Positions 20,103 through 29,833 are shown, numbered from the stretch's first letter. The stretch: DNA of 64,000 nt from Candidatus Poribacteria bacterium (GCA_965214095.1 OZ243938.1:2144001-2208000), one strand, 5' to 3'. The notes: generated by a model from the letters alone, not told the origin. Program-made: numbers and translations.

Positions 20103-21233
20103 TTGAAAACACACAATTGGATTGTTAGTATCATTGTTGTAATCGTATTAAGTCTATTTGGAATAAGTTGTGGAACTGATAGTGACGATCAAAAAGTGGA
20201 TTTACAAGAAAATGAGTTAGACACGCTCTATAAGGAACTCACTGGAACTTACGTTTTGAACAAGATAGAACTGCTCTTACCTGAAAACCCTGAATATGAA
20301 CCTGATTCTGAAAATCCCTTTATTTCCACGGACATTGAGGGTACTATGGTAATCACAGCAGACCAGGTAATGAAACAGAGGACAAAAGTAGCTGATTCAG
20401 ACATTTTTGACTTATTGAACTTAGAGCTCTCTTTTGACATATTGATAGACGAGCAAGTATTCGTGCTCACAGAAGTTAGCGAAGAATTTCAGTCTGCTGC
20501 TATTAGAATGAAATATACATGGGATGGAGAAGTCCTAAAACTAACCTTTGTTCTTCAAGAATATACTTACTTTGAGCCTACATATTTTCATTTTAATCAA
20601 TATTGGCAAAAGAAATCAAACAATATAGAAGATCTCCCACCTATCACAGAGGATGAACCGTCAGAACCGATAAAAGTAGGTTTCGATGCTGCATTTGTAA
20701 GTGCTACACCCGCATCTGGTGCCGAGTTAGCTGCAAATGACATCATCACCATAACATTTGACAATAATCCCGGAGACGTAACAGCCAGTATAGGGGAAGT
20801 CAGTGGGTCAGGTAAATCAAGAAATATTGAAGGAGACTTCCCTCTCGGTGACATTACCATCACAATTGAGTGGACAGGCGGTGACGGCAGCATAACACTT
20901 TCCTATACAGTCATTCCAATCGATAACACCCCTCCCAGTGTAATATTCAGTCGTCCCCAAGATGGTAGTGAAGGCATTGATCCAGGTGCATTATTTGATG
21001 AAGAAATCACTGTTGTCTTTGATGAACATATCACTGGAGACCTCACGCTTCTGGAGAACGGAGATGATCTCCATTGGATTTCCATCACTGACGAGGACAC
21101 AATCATACTAAGTCCAATTGCTGGTGCAGAACTCGCCAATGAAACTGAATATCTTATTACTGGAATAGTAGCTGATCGTGCTGGCAATGAAACCGAGGTT
21201 AGCATTACTTTTGTTACCGCTGCCTTGGAGTGA
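20103..21233 (+). CDS. Lipoprotein with C-terminal bacterial Ig-like (Big_5-type) domains
   Basis: TTG start with GGAG RBS; GISC lipobox; DNTPPSV..SRPQDG..ITVVFDE..VADRAGN Ig signature. Confidence 0.8.
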   Translation: MKTHNWIVSIIVVIVLSLFGISCGTDSDDQKVDLQENELDTLYKELTGTYVLNKIELLLPENPEYEPDSENPFISTDIEGTMVITADQVMKQRTKVADSDIFDLLNLELSFDILIDEQVFVLTEVSEEFQSAAIRMKYTWDGEVLKLTFVLQEYTYFEPTYFHFNQYWQKKSNNIEDLPPITEDEPSEPIKVGFDAAFVSATPASGAELAANDIITITFDNNPGDVTASIGEVSGSGKSRNIEGDFPLGDITITIEWTGGDGSITLSYTVIPIDNTPPSVIFSRPQDGSEGIDPGALFDEEITVVFDEHITGDLTLLENGDDLHWISITDEDTIILSPIAGAELANETEYLITGIVADRAGNETEVSITFVTAALE

Positions 21234-21266
21234 TCAAATATATATCTTTTCCACCACCATCACACC

Positions 21267-21470
21267 GTAGGCGAGGTCTCCTAACCTCGCAATTGATGGA
21301 TCGGTTTCCCACCGCAATGCAAAGTAGTAGGCACACTCCGTGTGCCGTATCACATCAGTGTTTTTTCAAAGTAGTATGCACACGCCGTGTGCCGTTTACA
21401 AAAGGCTTACGGCACGCGGAGCGTGCCTACTACCATGAATGTAAGAGTGCCGTTTAGAACCCGCTCCAAC
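21267..21470. repeat. REP cluster (family A, three family B copies, family E)
   Basis: Family B GTAGTAGGCACACTCCGTGTGCCGT at 21324 and 21371, inverted copy at 21409. Confidence 0.85.
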
Positions 21471-21574
21471 AAAAGTAATAATTCACGCTAATATTGACTA
21501 TATTAGTCAGAAATGATACAATCACAAAATAACTTAGAAAATTCTCATCAAACAACACACATAGGAGAAAAACC

Positions 21575-23455
21575 TTGAAAAACCTATATACACAAAAAAA
21601 CATCATAACATCCACCTTACTACTCCTCATCCTCACAATCACACCGCACGGACAAGCAGCGGACAAAAGCGTCCAACTTCCAGACGGAGCAACCGCGCGC
21701 CTCGGTAAAGGACGCATCTACACCATGCAATACACCGAAGATGGTACACGTCTTGCACTCGCAACATCAATGGGAATATGGCTCTATGACACCATCAATT
21801 TTACAGAAATATACCTACTCAAGAAACATAGAGATAATGTCATGAATATGGCTTTTAGTCCAGATGGCAAAATCCTCGCAACTGCTGACCGAAGGGGCAC
21901 AATCCACTTATGGAATACAGACACAGGAGAACACGAACTTGAACTATCAGATGACGAAGGTGTTGTCAAGATCATTTTCAGCAATGATGGTGCGATATTT
22001 GGCATGATAACTGTAAGAGGATCCGTGAAGTTATGGGACACGCTCACTTGGGAAGAGAAAGAGAAGTATAGTAATATCCTCAACTTTCGCGCACAAGGCA
22101 TTTTCAGTACGGCACTCAGTCCAAATAGTTTTGACATCGCAGCCGGGGATCAAAACGGACTTGTCACAATCTACGACCCTTTCTCAAACACCAAAAAGCA
22201 TGAATTGGAAGGACTTCACCACATAGTAAATCCAGTCGTATTCAGTTCCGATGATAGTCTCATTGTAGCAAGCAATTTCAACAGTATCTGCTGGTGGGAC
22301 ATAGAGAAAGAAGAAATGATGCATCTGATTGGCGATGACTTGTATGTGAGGGCACTGACCTTTAGTCCGGATGATAGTCTAATAGCAAGTGGAAGCGTTC
22401 GCGGAGATATACGTTTGTGGGATGTTAATACAGGTGAACAGCGACAAGAGATGAAAGGGCACACAGCCGAAGTCATTGATATCGCCTTCAGTTCCGATTT
22501 ACGCACAGTTGCCAGCGCGAGTGTGGATGGGAGTGTGCGTATCTGGGATGTCTTTTCCGGCAAAGAACTCCATGTATTTGATGGACATTTCGGCAATTTC
22601 ACCTGTTTAGATGTGAGTCCTGATGGGAAAACAGTGGTTGCCCCAACGCACGACCTCACCGTCTGTTTGTGGAATCTGGACTCTGCCAAACTGGACACAA
22701 CGTTTGACAAAGAAGGGTTCTATGGTGTCGCTGAAGTTGTCTTCAATCCCAATGGCAAAACAATCGCCACAGCCAGTTATGGAAAGTTTATCAGCATGTG
22801 GGATCGTGAAACAGGTAAACAAATCAGCAGGTTAGGTGGACACAAAGGGCATGTATTTTCCGCTGCCTTCAGTCCAGATGGCAAGAAGCTTGTTACTGGC
22901 AGCGATGATACGACCGTTCGACTGTGGGATACGGAGACATATCAAGTGAAGCATATCCTGAAAGGGCATGAACTTGGGGTCACAAGTGTCGCTTTCAGTC
23001 CAGACGGCACAACAATCGCCAGTGGCGGCAAAGATGCAACCGTCAGAATCTGGGATGCAAACACCGGTGCGGAAAAGTATGTGCTGACAGGACATGAGTC
23101 GGGTGTGTTAGGAGTCGCCTATCGTCCGGACGGCACGACCCTTGCTACCGTTGCAGAAACGGAAATCATCATGATGTGGGACATAACCACAGGTAAAGAC
23201 AGTAACACTATAATGAGCGAAGGGTCTGATTTCTCAAGTATCGTCTTCCATCCGGATGGCGATGTGGTAGCGACTGGAAGTCGTTCAGGTGTTGTCCAAC
23301 TTTTCAACATCAACTCAGGATTATCGTTGCGCAAGTTTTCAGGACATCTGAAGCAAGTAACGGATCTTGCCTTTGCTGCAAATGGCGATAAACTTATCAC
23401 CCGTTCAGACGATGGCGTTCTGTATGTATGGGATGTTGCGAATGTAGATCATTAG
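21575..23455 (+). CDS. Secreted WD40-repeat protein (double propeller)
   Basis: AGGAGA RBS with TTG start; signal peptide; LPDGATARLGKG cap; about 13-14 GH..FSPDG..LWD repeats. Confidence 0.92.
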   Translation: MKNLYTQKNIITSTLLLLILTITPHGQAADKSVQLPDGATARLGKGRIYTMQYTEDGTRLALATSMGIWLYDTINFTEIYLLKKHRDNVMNMAFSPDGKILATADRRGTIHLWNTDTGEHELELSDDEGVVKIIFSNDGAIFGMITVRGSVKLWDTLTWEEKEKYSNILNFRAQGIFSTALSPNSFDIAAGDQNGLVTIYDPFSNTKKHELEGLHHIVNPVVFSSDDSLIVASNFNSICWWDIEKEEMMHLIGDDLYVRALTFSPDDSLIASGSVRGDIRLWDVNTGEQRQEMKGHTAEVIDIAFSSDLRTVASASVDGSVRIWDVFSGKELHVFDGHFGNFTCLDVSPDGKTVVAPTHDLTVCLWNLDSAKLDTTFDKEGFYGVAEVVFNPNGKTIATASYGKFISMWDRETGKQISRLGGHKGHVFSAAFSPDGKKLVTGSDDTTVRLWDTETYQVKHILKGHELGVTSVAFSPDGTTIASGGKDATVRIWDANTGAEKYVLTGHESGVLGVAYRPDGTTLATVAETEIIMMWDITTGKDSNTIMSEGSDFSSIVFHPDGDVVATGSRSGVVQLFNINSGLSLRKFSGHLKQVTDLAFAANGDKLITRSDDGVLYVWDVANVDH

Positions 23456-23470
23456 GTTTCCAACAGCGAA

Positions 23471-23546
23471 TTGTCTGAACCAGGATTTTTAGATTTCCAA
23501 GATTACGAGTTTGGCTCTCCCAAGTTCCTATTCCCAGTTTGACGTT
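23471..23546. repeat. Truncated family C MITE (empty-site reference for the 19215 insertion)
   Basis: TTGTCTGAACCAGGATT...CAAGTTCCTATTCCCAGTTTGACG. Confidence 0.75.
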
Positions 23547-23595
23547 GCAATGGAAAGGGAACGGCTATAGTGTTGAGATTGAAGTAGGTGAGATA

Positions 23596-23790
23596 TAAAA
23601 TTTCTCAGAGATGCTACCCTCGTTTGGTTTCGGGGAGTTACCCGAGTGTTGGACACTCAGGTCGACCATGAGAGGAACAGCATCCCTGAAAAATCGCCAT
23701 TCAGCGATACGGTTGATATGTTTATCAGTCCTGGTAAATATGTAGTGGACATCAAGACTCTGACCACTACGTCACGATGTTTAGTAAAGT
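23596..23790 (-). ncRNA. Candidate orphan structured ncRNA (~195 nt)
   Basis: Promoter at 23797-23825; hairpin GTAGTGG/CCACTAC; long stem TTTCAGGGATGCT/AGCATCTCTGAGA enclosing ACCTGAGTGT/ACACTCGGGT. G-U pairs favour the minus strand and a U-rich tail follows. Confidence 0.5.
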
Positions 23791-23796
23791 AATGTA

Positions 23797-23825
23797 ATTA
23801 TATCATGATAATAGTATAAATTCAA
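23797..23825 (-). promoter_or_regulatory. Sigma70 promoter with no downstream protein gene
   Basis: TTGAAT-17 nt-TATAAT with extended TG. Confidence 0.65.
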
Positions 23826-23875
23826 ATTTATTTTGACACCTTATATTACGATTTCGTGTTTTGAATTTTGAGATT

Positions 23876-24089
23876 GTGTCTGAACCAGGATTTTCAGGAT
23901 TTGTAGATTTGCAGGATTAGAGGTTGGTTTGTTTAGGTTCTATTCTTATGATATAGTTTATCTTCTGATTGGCACTTTGATATTTCATTCTCTTTTCCTG
24001 AAAATGCTGGTTTAGAGAATAAATAAATCGTGGTTTTAAACCACTGCAACAAGCGTATGTAAGAACGGCACGCGGAGCGTGCCTACTAC
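23876..24089. repeat. Degenerate full-length family C MITE plus family E/B REPs
   Basis: GTCTGAACCAGGATTTTCAGG...GGCACTTTGATATTTCA...CCTGAAAATGCTGGTT; family B copy at 24065. Confidence 0.7.
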
Positions 24090-24107
24090 TATCAATCGGT
24101 TCACAAA

Positions 24108-24756
24108 TTATTTTCTAATCAACATCTTACGCGTTGCAGCATAGTGAGCAGTAGTGAGGGTGTAAAAATACACACCGCTGGCAACCTTTTCACCGAATTC
24201 GTTTTTACCATCCCAATATGCGGCGCGGGATCGGTGTTGATAGATACCCGCAGGTTGATGTCCAAGCGTCAACGTCCGCACCAGTGTGCCGTTGAGTGTA
24301 TGGATGGATAACGTAACTTCAGCATCTTTTGCTAAGTGATACGGTATCCACGTCTCTGGGTTGAACGGGTTGGGGTAGTTAAACAGGAGTACGGTTTCCT
24401 TCGGTGTCAAAGTCTGTAATAGATTTTCCAGAAAGCGTAGACCTTGCTGAAAGTTGGGGTCTGGTAAGTTGAGTTGACGTGCTTCTTTTAACCATGCTGT
24501 CACCGTTGCACGTGGAGGCAGATCATCAGGATGGAGACTTGATATGGCAGGTGCAGCAGTGTCCGCGCTCCCAATTGCCATTGCGACGAGTGTCAAATCC
24601 ACGATATTGACGACACCGTCTGCGTTAACATCGGCTGCATGTTTGCCTATTTTGCCGAAATTCACTGCAATAAAGGAGAGATCTAAGATGTTGACGACAC
24701 CATCCTGATTCACATCTTCGTGCATGAACATTGGGACGATTATGTCTGTGGATGCA
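24108..24756 (-). pseudogene. 3' fragment of a secreted protein gene (dockerin-like + FlgD-Ig/T9SS-like CTD), cut by the IS605 element
   Basis: DVNQDGVVNILDL dockerin and NYPNPFNPETWIPY CTD; no signal peptide; the apparent TTG start lies inside the IS right end. Confidence 0.85.
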
Positions 24757-24915
24757 TTCAACTACCCAAGCCTAAAGGCCTTTGGATTGTTAAGAGGTTC
24801 AAACAGCGATAACTGAATGATTTTCTTCTCCATAGCCTTTGTTACTTCGTTCTTGTTTCTCGTTTCATAGAGGGTGGCACCCCACCGCTCTCCACGACGG
24901 GCAGTAGCTGCCCGA
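24737..24915 (-). ncRNA. TnpB omegaRNA (reRNA) scaffold plus flank-derived guide
   Basis: Hairpin GGGCA-GCTAC-TGCCC (24899-24913) whose loop can pair with GTAGT at the RE (pseudoknot); RE hairpin; predicted guide TGCATCCACAGACATAATCG. Confidence 0.65.
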
Positions 24916-26024
24916 AAAAGTCCGTTTATTGCAGCGTTGTGGTCTCGGTCAAGCGAGTGTCCACAATATCCGCAGTTGAATGTCCGCACCGATAGCGATA
25001 ACTTTTTCGGTGCTTTCTGTCCGCAGCAAGAGCAAGTTTGCGAGGTGTTCTTCGGATCAACTTGGTGGAAATGGAAACCGTCTCTTTCGGCTATGTTCCC
25101 ACACCACTCAAAGAAGTGTGCCCAAGACGCATCGCTGATACTCTTGCTGAGGTGTTTGTTCTGAACCATATTGGCAGTATTTAGATTTTCGGTTACCAAG
25201 ACATTATTTTTCTTATGATGGTAGAGTTTGTAAACGAGTTTACCAATAAAGTCTCTGCGTCTGTTTACAGTGCGCTCCTGATGTAAAGCGAGTTTGTGGT
25301 GTTGTTTCTTTCTACGGTGAGAACCTAACTTTTTACGAGAAAGGTCTTTAGCGTGCTTGCGGAGTAATCCCTCCGCTTTGCGATACCAACGCGGGTTGTC
25401 AACTTTTTCACCCTCAGATGTCGTCAAATAGTGGTTCGTGCCGACATCAACGGCAACAGCACGGGTCGGTTCCACTTTCGGCGTATCACCGATGTCGCAG
25501 GAGATATGTGCATACCACCCGGTTGCTTTTTTCACGATAGTAACCTCTTTCGGGTCACCTTGAATGGGACGGGACATCCGCATTTTGATTTCACCGAGTT
25601 TGGGCACAATCAGTCTATCTAAACGGTGCTTCGTTGGACGAATAGGATTTTGACGAATGCCTGCTTTGTTCTTACGTAGACTCCAGGTGAGAGAACGGAT
25701 ACGTTTGCGATAGCGTGGGAATCCCGGTTTTTCACCACCTTGTTTGACACGACGGAAAAAGTTCGCAAAAGCTTTGTTCACACGTTGAAGTGCGTGTTTC
25801 TGAAACTCTTGCGGCACAATGTCGAAGTCTTCATACTTTGCACGTGCTTGTGTCAGAAGTCGACACTGTTCAGCATAACTTACAGAACGTTTCTCTTCTT
25901 CATACGCACGCATACGATTCAGTCGCGCTGAGTTGTGTAACTCACACAAATGCGAAAGATATTGATATAACTCGGTTTCTTGCGTAGGTGTCGGATACAA
26001 GCGGTATTTGAACGTTAAAACCAT
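24762..26024 (-). CDS. tnpB: RNA-guided endonuclease TnpB
   Basis: FKYRLYPT N-terminus, GFPRYR, RuvC-I AVDVG, RuvC-II VTENL, Zn finger CSCCG/CGYCG, RuvC-III DRDHNAA. Confidence 0.97.
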   Translation of the reverse strand: MVLTFKYRLYPTPTQETELYQYLSHLCELHNSARLNRMRAYEEEKRSVSYAEQCRLLTQARAKYEDFDIVPQEFQKHALQRVNKAFANFFRRVKQGGEKPGFPRYRKRIRSLTWSLRKNKAGIRQNPIRPTKHRLDRLIVPKLGEIKMRMSRPIQGDPKEVTIVKKATGWYAHISCDIGDTPKVEPTRAVAVDVGTNHYLTTSEGEKVDNPRWYRKAEGLLRKHAKDLSRKKLGSHRRKKQHHKLALHQERTVNRRRDFIGKLVYKLYHHKKNNVLVTENLNTANMVQNKHLSKSISDASWAHFFEWCGNIAERDGFHFHQVDPKNTSQTCSCCGQKAPKKLSLSVRTFNCGYCGHSLDRDHNAAINGLFRAATARRGERWGATLYETRNKNEVTKAMEKKIIQLSLFEPLNNPKAFRLG

Positions 26025-26440
26025 TATTTACCTCGCTGGTTCTCTACATACTTGCGAAGCACTTCTAAAGTGATACCCCCTATGGAGGCGATAAATTTAG
26101 AACGCGTCCAAAGCGAGGGAATACGAGATTTCAGAGAGGGATACTCATCACGCAACACACGAGAAGTCCAACCTTTGATCCTGCCAACGACAGATGCAGG
26201 AGCGAGTTGGGGACTGCTACTCATCAGAATATGAACATAGTCATCCATCACTTCACAGGCGTGCACTTCATACCCATAAACCTCTTGTTGTTCATAGATC
26301 AGTGTTTTGAGCCGTTCAGCAATAGGAGAGACAAGCACAGGACGACGATATTTTGTGCACCAAATCACATGGTAATCACAACTATAGACTAAAGAATGAG
26401 TTGATTTGTAGGTAGAGGGTTTTTCTTTAATTTCTAACAT
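26024..26440 (-). CDS. tnpA: IS200-type Y1 transposase TnpA (HUH motif altered to YVH)
   Basis: YHVIWCTKYRRPVL, IKGWTSR, LWTRSKF, KYVENQ; stop overlaps the tnpB start (TAATG). Confidence 0.95.
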   Translation of the reverse strand: MLEIKEKPSTYKSTHSLVYSCDYHVIWCTKYRRPVLVSPIAERLKTLIYEQQEVYGYEVHACEVMDDYVHILMSSSPQLAPASVVGRIKGWTSRVLRDEYPSLKSRIPSLWTRSKFIASIGGITLEVLRKYVENQRGK

Positions 26441-26473
26441 GTTATCTATTTATTTATTAGATATATGTTATAT

Positions 26474-26502
26474 ATAATAATATATATTTAGTTAATAGTC
26501 AA
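26474..26502 (-). promoter_or_regulatory. IS left-end sigma70 promoter
   Basis: TTGACT-17 nt-TATTAT upstream of tnpA. Confidence 0.65.
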
Positions 26503-26738
26503 ATATATTTGGGCTAAAGCAAAGAAAAGTCCTCATATCCCAAGTCTAAAGACTTGGGCTTCACGGACTATGAGAGGTGAAAGGGTTTGGGAATTGAAGA
26601 CAACTGAATCATAAGTGATTTTGGGTGGGAATTATGTGAATTTGTCTGAACCAAGATTTTCAGGATTGGTAGATTTTCAGGATTGGTGTTTTGGGCTTTA
26701 AAGTTTCTTTCAGAGTATCAGCGTATTCTTTTGAATGT

Positions 26739-27099
26739 CAGTGACATCATCGTAGAAAATCTACCACCCAAAGCTGCAGCAGCCCTAAAAGAGTATGATG
26801 AGATACAGTTAGCATCTGATGCTTTAACTACCGAGTTAACATCCCTTTTGAAAGCAAGACCTATAGACATAAATGCTATAAATCCATTAACTGAAAAATT
26901 GAATAAGCTAAATCAGCAGCATTTTGACACCCTTGAAATACTTGCCTTATACTCTGACAAAGCATCCAAGCAACTCAAAGGATTAATAGAAACGAAAAAA
27001 GTAACTGATAGAATGATGGCTGAAACTAAAATGGATATCAAAGAATTTAGAAAAACGATGGAAGATGCAGAACGGATATTGGAGGAATTAACTAAGTAA
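26739..27099 (+). pseudogene. 5'-truncated paralog of the 43522-44223 gene
   Basis: SDIIVENLPPKAAAALKEYDEIQLA is identical to the paralog; the N-terminal anchor is missing and the ORF start falls in a family C repeat. Confidence 0.8.
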
Positions 27100-27207
27100 G
27101 GAATGCGAACATGAAAGCAGTGCTTACATGCAAACATTGTTGGAGTGGTTTCCAACCACGATTGATGGAGAAAGATGGTAGCGCGAGGTCTCAGTGCCTC
27201 GCCATAT

Positions 27208-27438
27208 CTAGTATCGTCTAACAACGGATGGCGGGTGATGATCCGTCTCTGATGGACTATTACATTACGGGGAGTGGTCAGGAATACCAAGTGGTATTTC
27301 TGCCGGCGCGTGGCACCCACGGGACGATATTGGTGGATATTGATGCGAGATCTGATGTCGGATATGGTGTTCTCCGTGTCGCTGAGAGATGTATCTAATA
27401 CATATATCTCTCGCATCTGTTAATATCTAGACGACTAG
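27208..27438. mobile_element. Putative ~230-bp MITE bounded by CTAG
   Basis: Imperfect TIR CTAGTATCGTCTA / TAGACGACTAG; internal hairpins; higher GC than flanks. Confidence 0.5.
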
Positions 27439-27556
27439 AAGATGAGAGGAAACATTTGCTGAACAACTTGACGATATTCAGTGGGACTAAGTCAATCCGC
27501 GTCCTGCCACGATTGTTGGAGCGGTTAGAAACTACTCCAACAATATAAGAAAGAGA

Positions 27557-29491
27557 TTATAGAGTTGAATCAAGGTCCCACAAATATATGATACCAACTC
27601 TTGGCTTGTTGCTATTCGAATGGAGGTTCAGACTGATAAGTTTTTTCCCATCTGAAGTAAATGCCACCTTCTTAACCCCTTTCCGATTCCCCTTGATCGT
27701 CTGTATAGGTTTCATTGTGTCGGCATGATAGATAGTAATCTCTCCAACTGTATCACCAAACGCAAGCGATTTTCCATCGGGACTGAAAGCAACGCTGGAT
27801 ATCGGTGTTTTGTGCTTTACCAATACACTCTTTCGCTCACCAGTGTCAACATCCCACAGATAGATATCTTCGGTATGTCCCGCAGTGGCAATGACTCTTC
27901 CATCGGGACTGAAGGCAAGTTCGGCAACACTTTTTCCATGTTCCGGGATGACTCTCTTTAACTCAGCAGTGTTCGCATCCCATAGATGAACGGTCCTATC
28001 TAGGCCACCACTTGCGAGCGTTTGTCCATCCGGACTGTACGCAATACACATCACAGAATCCGTATGTCCATTGAACGTTTGATGCGTTACACTTACCTCA
28101 GCTGAATTGAGATCCCACAAACGGACAGTCTGATCTTTACTACCACTTGCGATCGTTTTTCCGTCTGGACTGAAGGCGAGACATGAGACATGCGAAGTAT
28201 GTCCTCTTAAGGCATTTATACGCTGAGCTGGGTTCACACCTTTTAGCCGGATGATATATGGGAATTCCCCAATAGCCGTAGTTTCACCATCCGGACTGAT
28301 CGCAATAGCTGAAGCAGTATAGCCGTGTCTCACGAGTTTGTCCTCTAATGCACCTGATGTTGCATCCCAAGTATAGACGGATCTGAGTGATGACAGACTT
28401 GTAATCGTTTTTCCATCGGCACTTAAGGCAAAGGATTCGAATTCATCGTGATCTTCTGCTACTGTCTGTATCAGTGCACCGGAGATGATGTTCCAAATAC
28501 GGAGACTTCCATCATCGCTACAACTTGCCAGCGACCGCTGATCGGGACTGAATGCGATATCAAGCACATTTTCACGATGTCCTTGAAGCGTTCTTTTATG
28601 CTCACCAGTGCTTGTATCCCACAAAAAGATAGTGCCATTGCTGTACCCAGCGGCTATTAGACTGCCATCTGCACTGAACCTGATTTTATGCACACCCAGT
28701 CTCCGAGTAAGATTGTGTAGCTGCTGACCTGTTTCCGTATCCCACAGATAAACATTGTGGTTCCCATCACTTGTTACCAACTTGGTTCCATCCGGACTGA
28801 ACACAATGTTCCTAGCTCCAAATTTGTGTCCAGCGAGTTTATGTTTGTGCTCTCCTGTTTCCGTATCCCATAAAGAGATCGTCTCCCGTGTATTTCCGAC
28901 AGCGAGTAGAGAGCCATTAGGGTTCAACGCAATGATGCGATGATAAACAGTAATTGTCTTGTCATCATTTTTCTTATCATCTTTGAAGAGTGTTTTCTTT
29001 ATATCACCCGTTTCAATATCGTACAAGTTGATACCACTGTCTAACACATCACTTTTAGCATAAGTTTTCCCATCCGCACTGAAAGCGAAACTATAAGCAA
29101 CACCCTTCCAAGGCAATTCAATCTTTGTTGTGCCTGTATCCGTATCCCACAGCACTACATCAGCTTTAGAGTGTCCGTATCTTGCGAGTAAGTTGCCATC
29201 TGGTCTAAACGCTATGTGTTTTGAATACATAGCCTGTTTTTTCAGCACTTTTATGGGTTGGAATGTGGTTGTATCGTATATCCATATCCCTGTAGGACTT
29301 GAAGATGCAAGCAACTTGCCATCTGGCGAATAGGAGATATCATCAATTTGTCCTTTACCGATCCGTGCGATCGCGCCTTCGGGTCGTGCCAATGATGTGT
29401 TGAAAATCTCTTGTGCAATGCTTGCGGGTGTGTGGTATATCAACAGGTATAGTAGCGTTATTATTGTGAGTAGATGTGATTTTCTTAACAT
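27557..29491 (-). CDS. Secreted WD40-repeat protein
   Basis: Signal peptide, RPEGAIARIGKG cap, many GH..FSPDG..LWD repeats. Confidence 0.92.
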   Translation of the reverse strand: MLRKSHLLTIITLLYLLIYHTPASIAQEIFNTSLARPEGAIARIGKGQIDDISYSPDGKLLASSSPTGIWIYDTTTFQPIKVLKKQAMYSKHIAFRPDGNLLARYGHSKADVVLWDTDTGTTKIELPWKGVAYSFAFSADGKTYAKSDVLDSGINLYDIETGDIKKTLFKDDKKNDDKTITVYHRIIALNPNGSLLAVGNTRETISLWDTETGEHKHKLAGHKFGARNIVFSPDGTKLVTSDGNHNVYLWDTETGQQLHNLTRRLGVHKIRFSADGSLIAAGYSNGTIFLWDTSTGEHKRTLQGHRENVLDIAFSPDQRSLASCSDDGSLRIWNIISGALIQTVAEDHDEFESFALSADGKTITSLSSLRSVYTWDATSGALEDKLVRHGYTASAIAISPDGETTAIGEFPYIIRLKGVNPAQRINALRGHTSHVSCLAFSPDGKTIASGSKDQTVRLWDLNSAEVSVTHQTFNGHTDSVMCIAYSPDGQTLASGGLDRTVHLWDANTAELKRVIPEHGKSVAELAFSPDGRVIATAGHTEDIYLWDVDTGERKSVLVKHKTPISSVAFSPDGKSLAFGDTVGEITIYHADTMKPIQTIKGNRKGVKKVAFTSDGKKLISLNLHSNSNKPRVGIIYLWDLDSTL

Positions 29492-29567
29492 TTCGTTGCC
29501 CTCCTTCCATGTGTTTGGTTAGATAGGATTATACCTGATGGTGCGTGTGTATGTCAATATGGTTTCT

Positions 29568-29815
29568 TTGTTGGAGCGGTTTCTAACCCGGATTGTCAGG
29601 ACCAAGATTTTCAGGATTTTTAGATTTTCAGATTTTCAGGATTATAGCGTGAAATATCAAAGTTCCATTCAAAAAATAAAGGTCAAATTGTAGATATGGA
29701 ACTGGAGTCCCAATCTTATAATCCTGTGAATCCTGGTTCAGACAATAAGGAGATGTGTCACGGAGACCCGCGCTACAATGGATAGCGGCAATCGTGGTTT
29801 TAAACCGCTCCTACA
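29568..29815. repeat. Full family C MITE (29592-29744) flanked by family E REPs
   Basis: TTGTCAGGACCAAGATTTTCAGG...GAAATATCAAAG...AATCCTGGTTCAGACAA; TTGTTGGAGCGGTTTCTAACC and AAACCGCTCCTACAA. Confidence 0.8.
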
Positions 29816-29833
29816 ATGGAAGAGAAACCGCAC

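Larger units (their letters stand above)
24757..26576 (-). mobile_element. IS200/IS605-family element (co-oriented tnpA-tnpB), target TTCAC
   Basis: LE GAAG + CCCAAGTC-TTTA-GACTTGGG after TCAC (26577-26580); RE CAAT + hairpin GCC-TTTA-GGCTTGGG ending TGAA. Both ends obey the IS608 guide/cleavage-site pairing rule. Confidence 0.93.

Noticed and set aside
24108-24761. Complete 217-aa gene
   Set aside because: The start codon is inside the IS right end and the product lacks a signal peptide and N-terminal domains, so it is treated as a fragment.
26024-26440. TnpA as the RAYT that mobilises the GTAG REPs
   Set aside because: It has IS200/IS605-type motifs, its own hairpin ends and a coupled tnpB, and it is not flanked by REP pairs.
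26739-27099. Diversity-generating retroelement TR/VR pair with 43522-43875
   Set aside because: Differences affect all bases and include indels, and there is no reverse transcriptase in the window.
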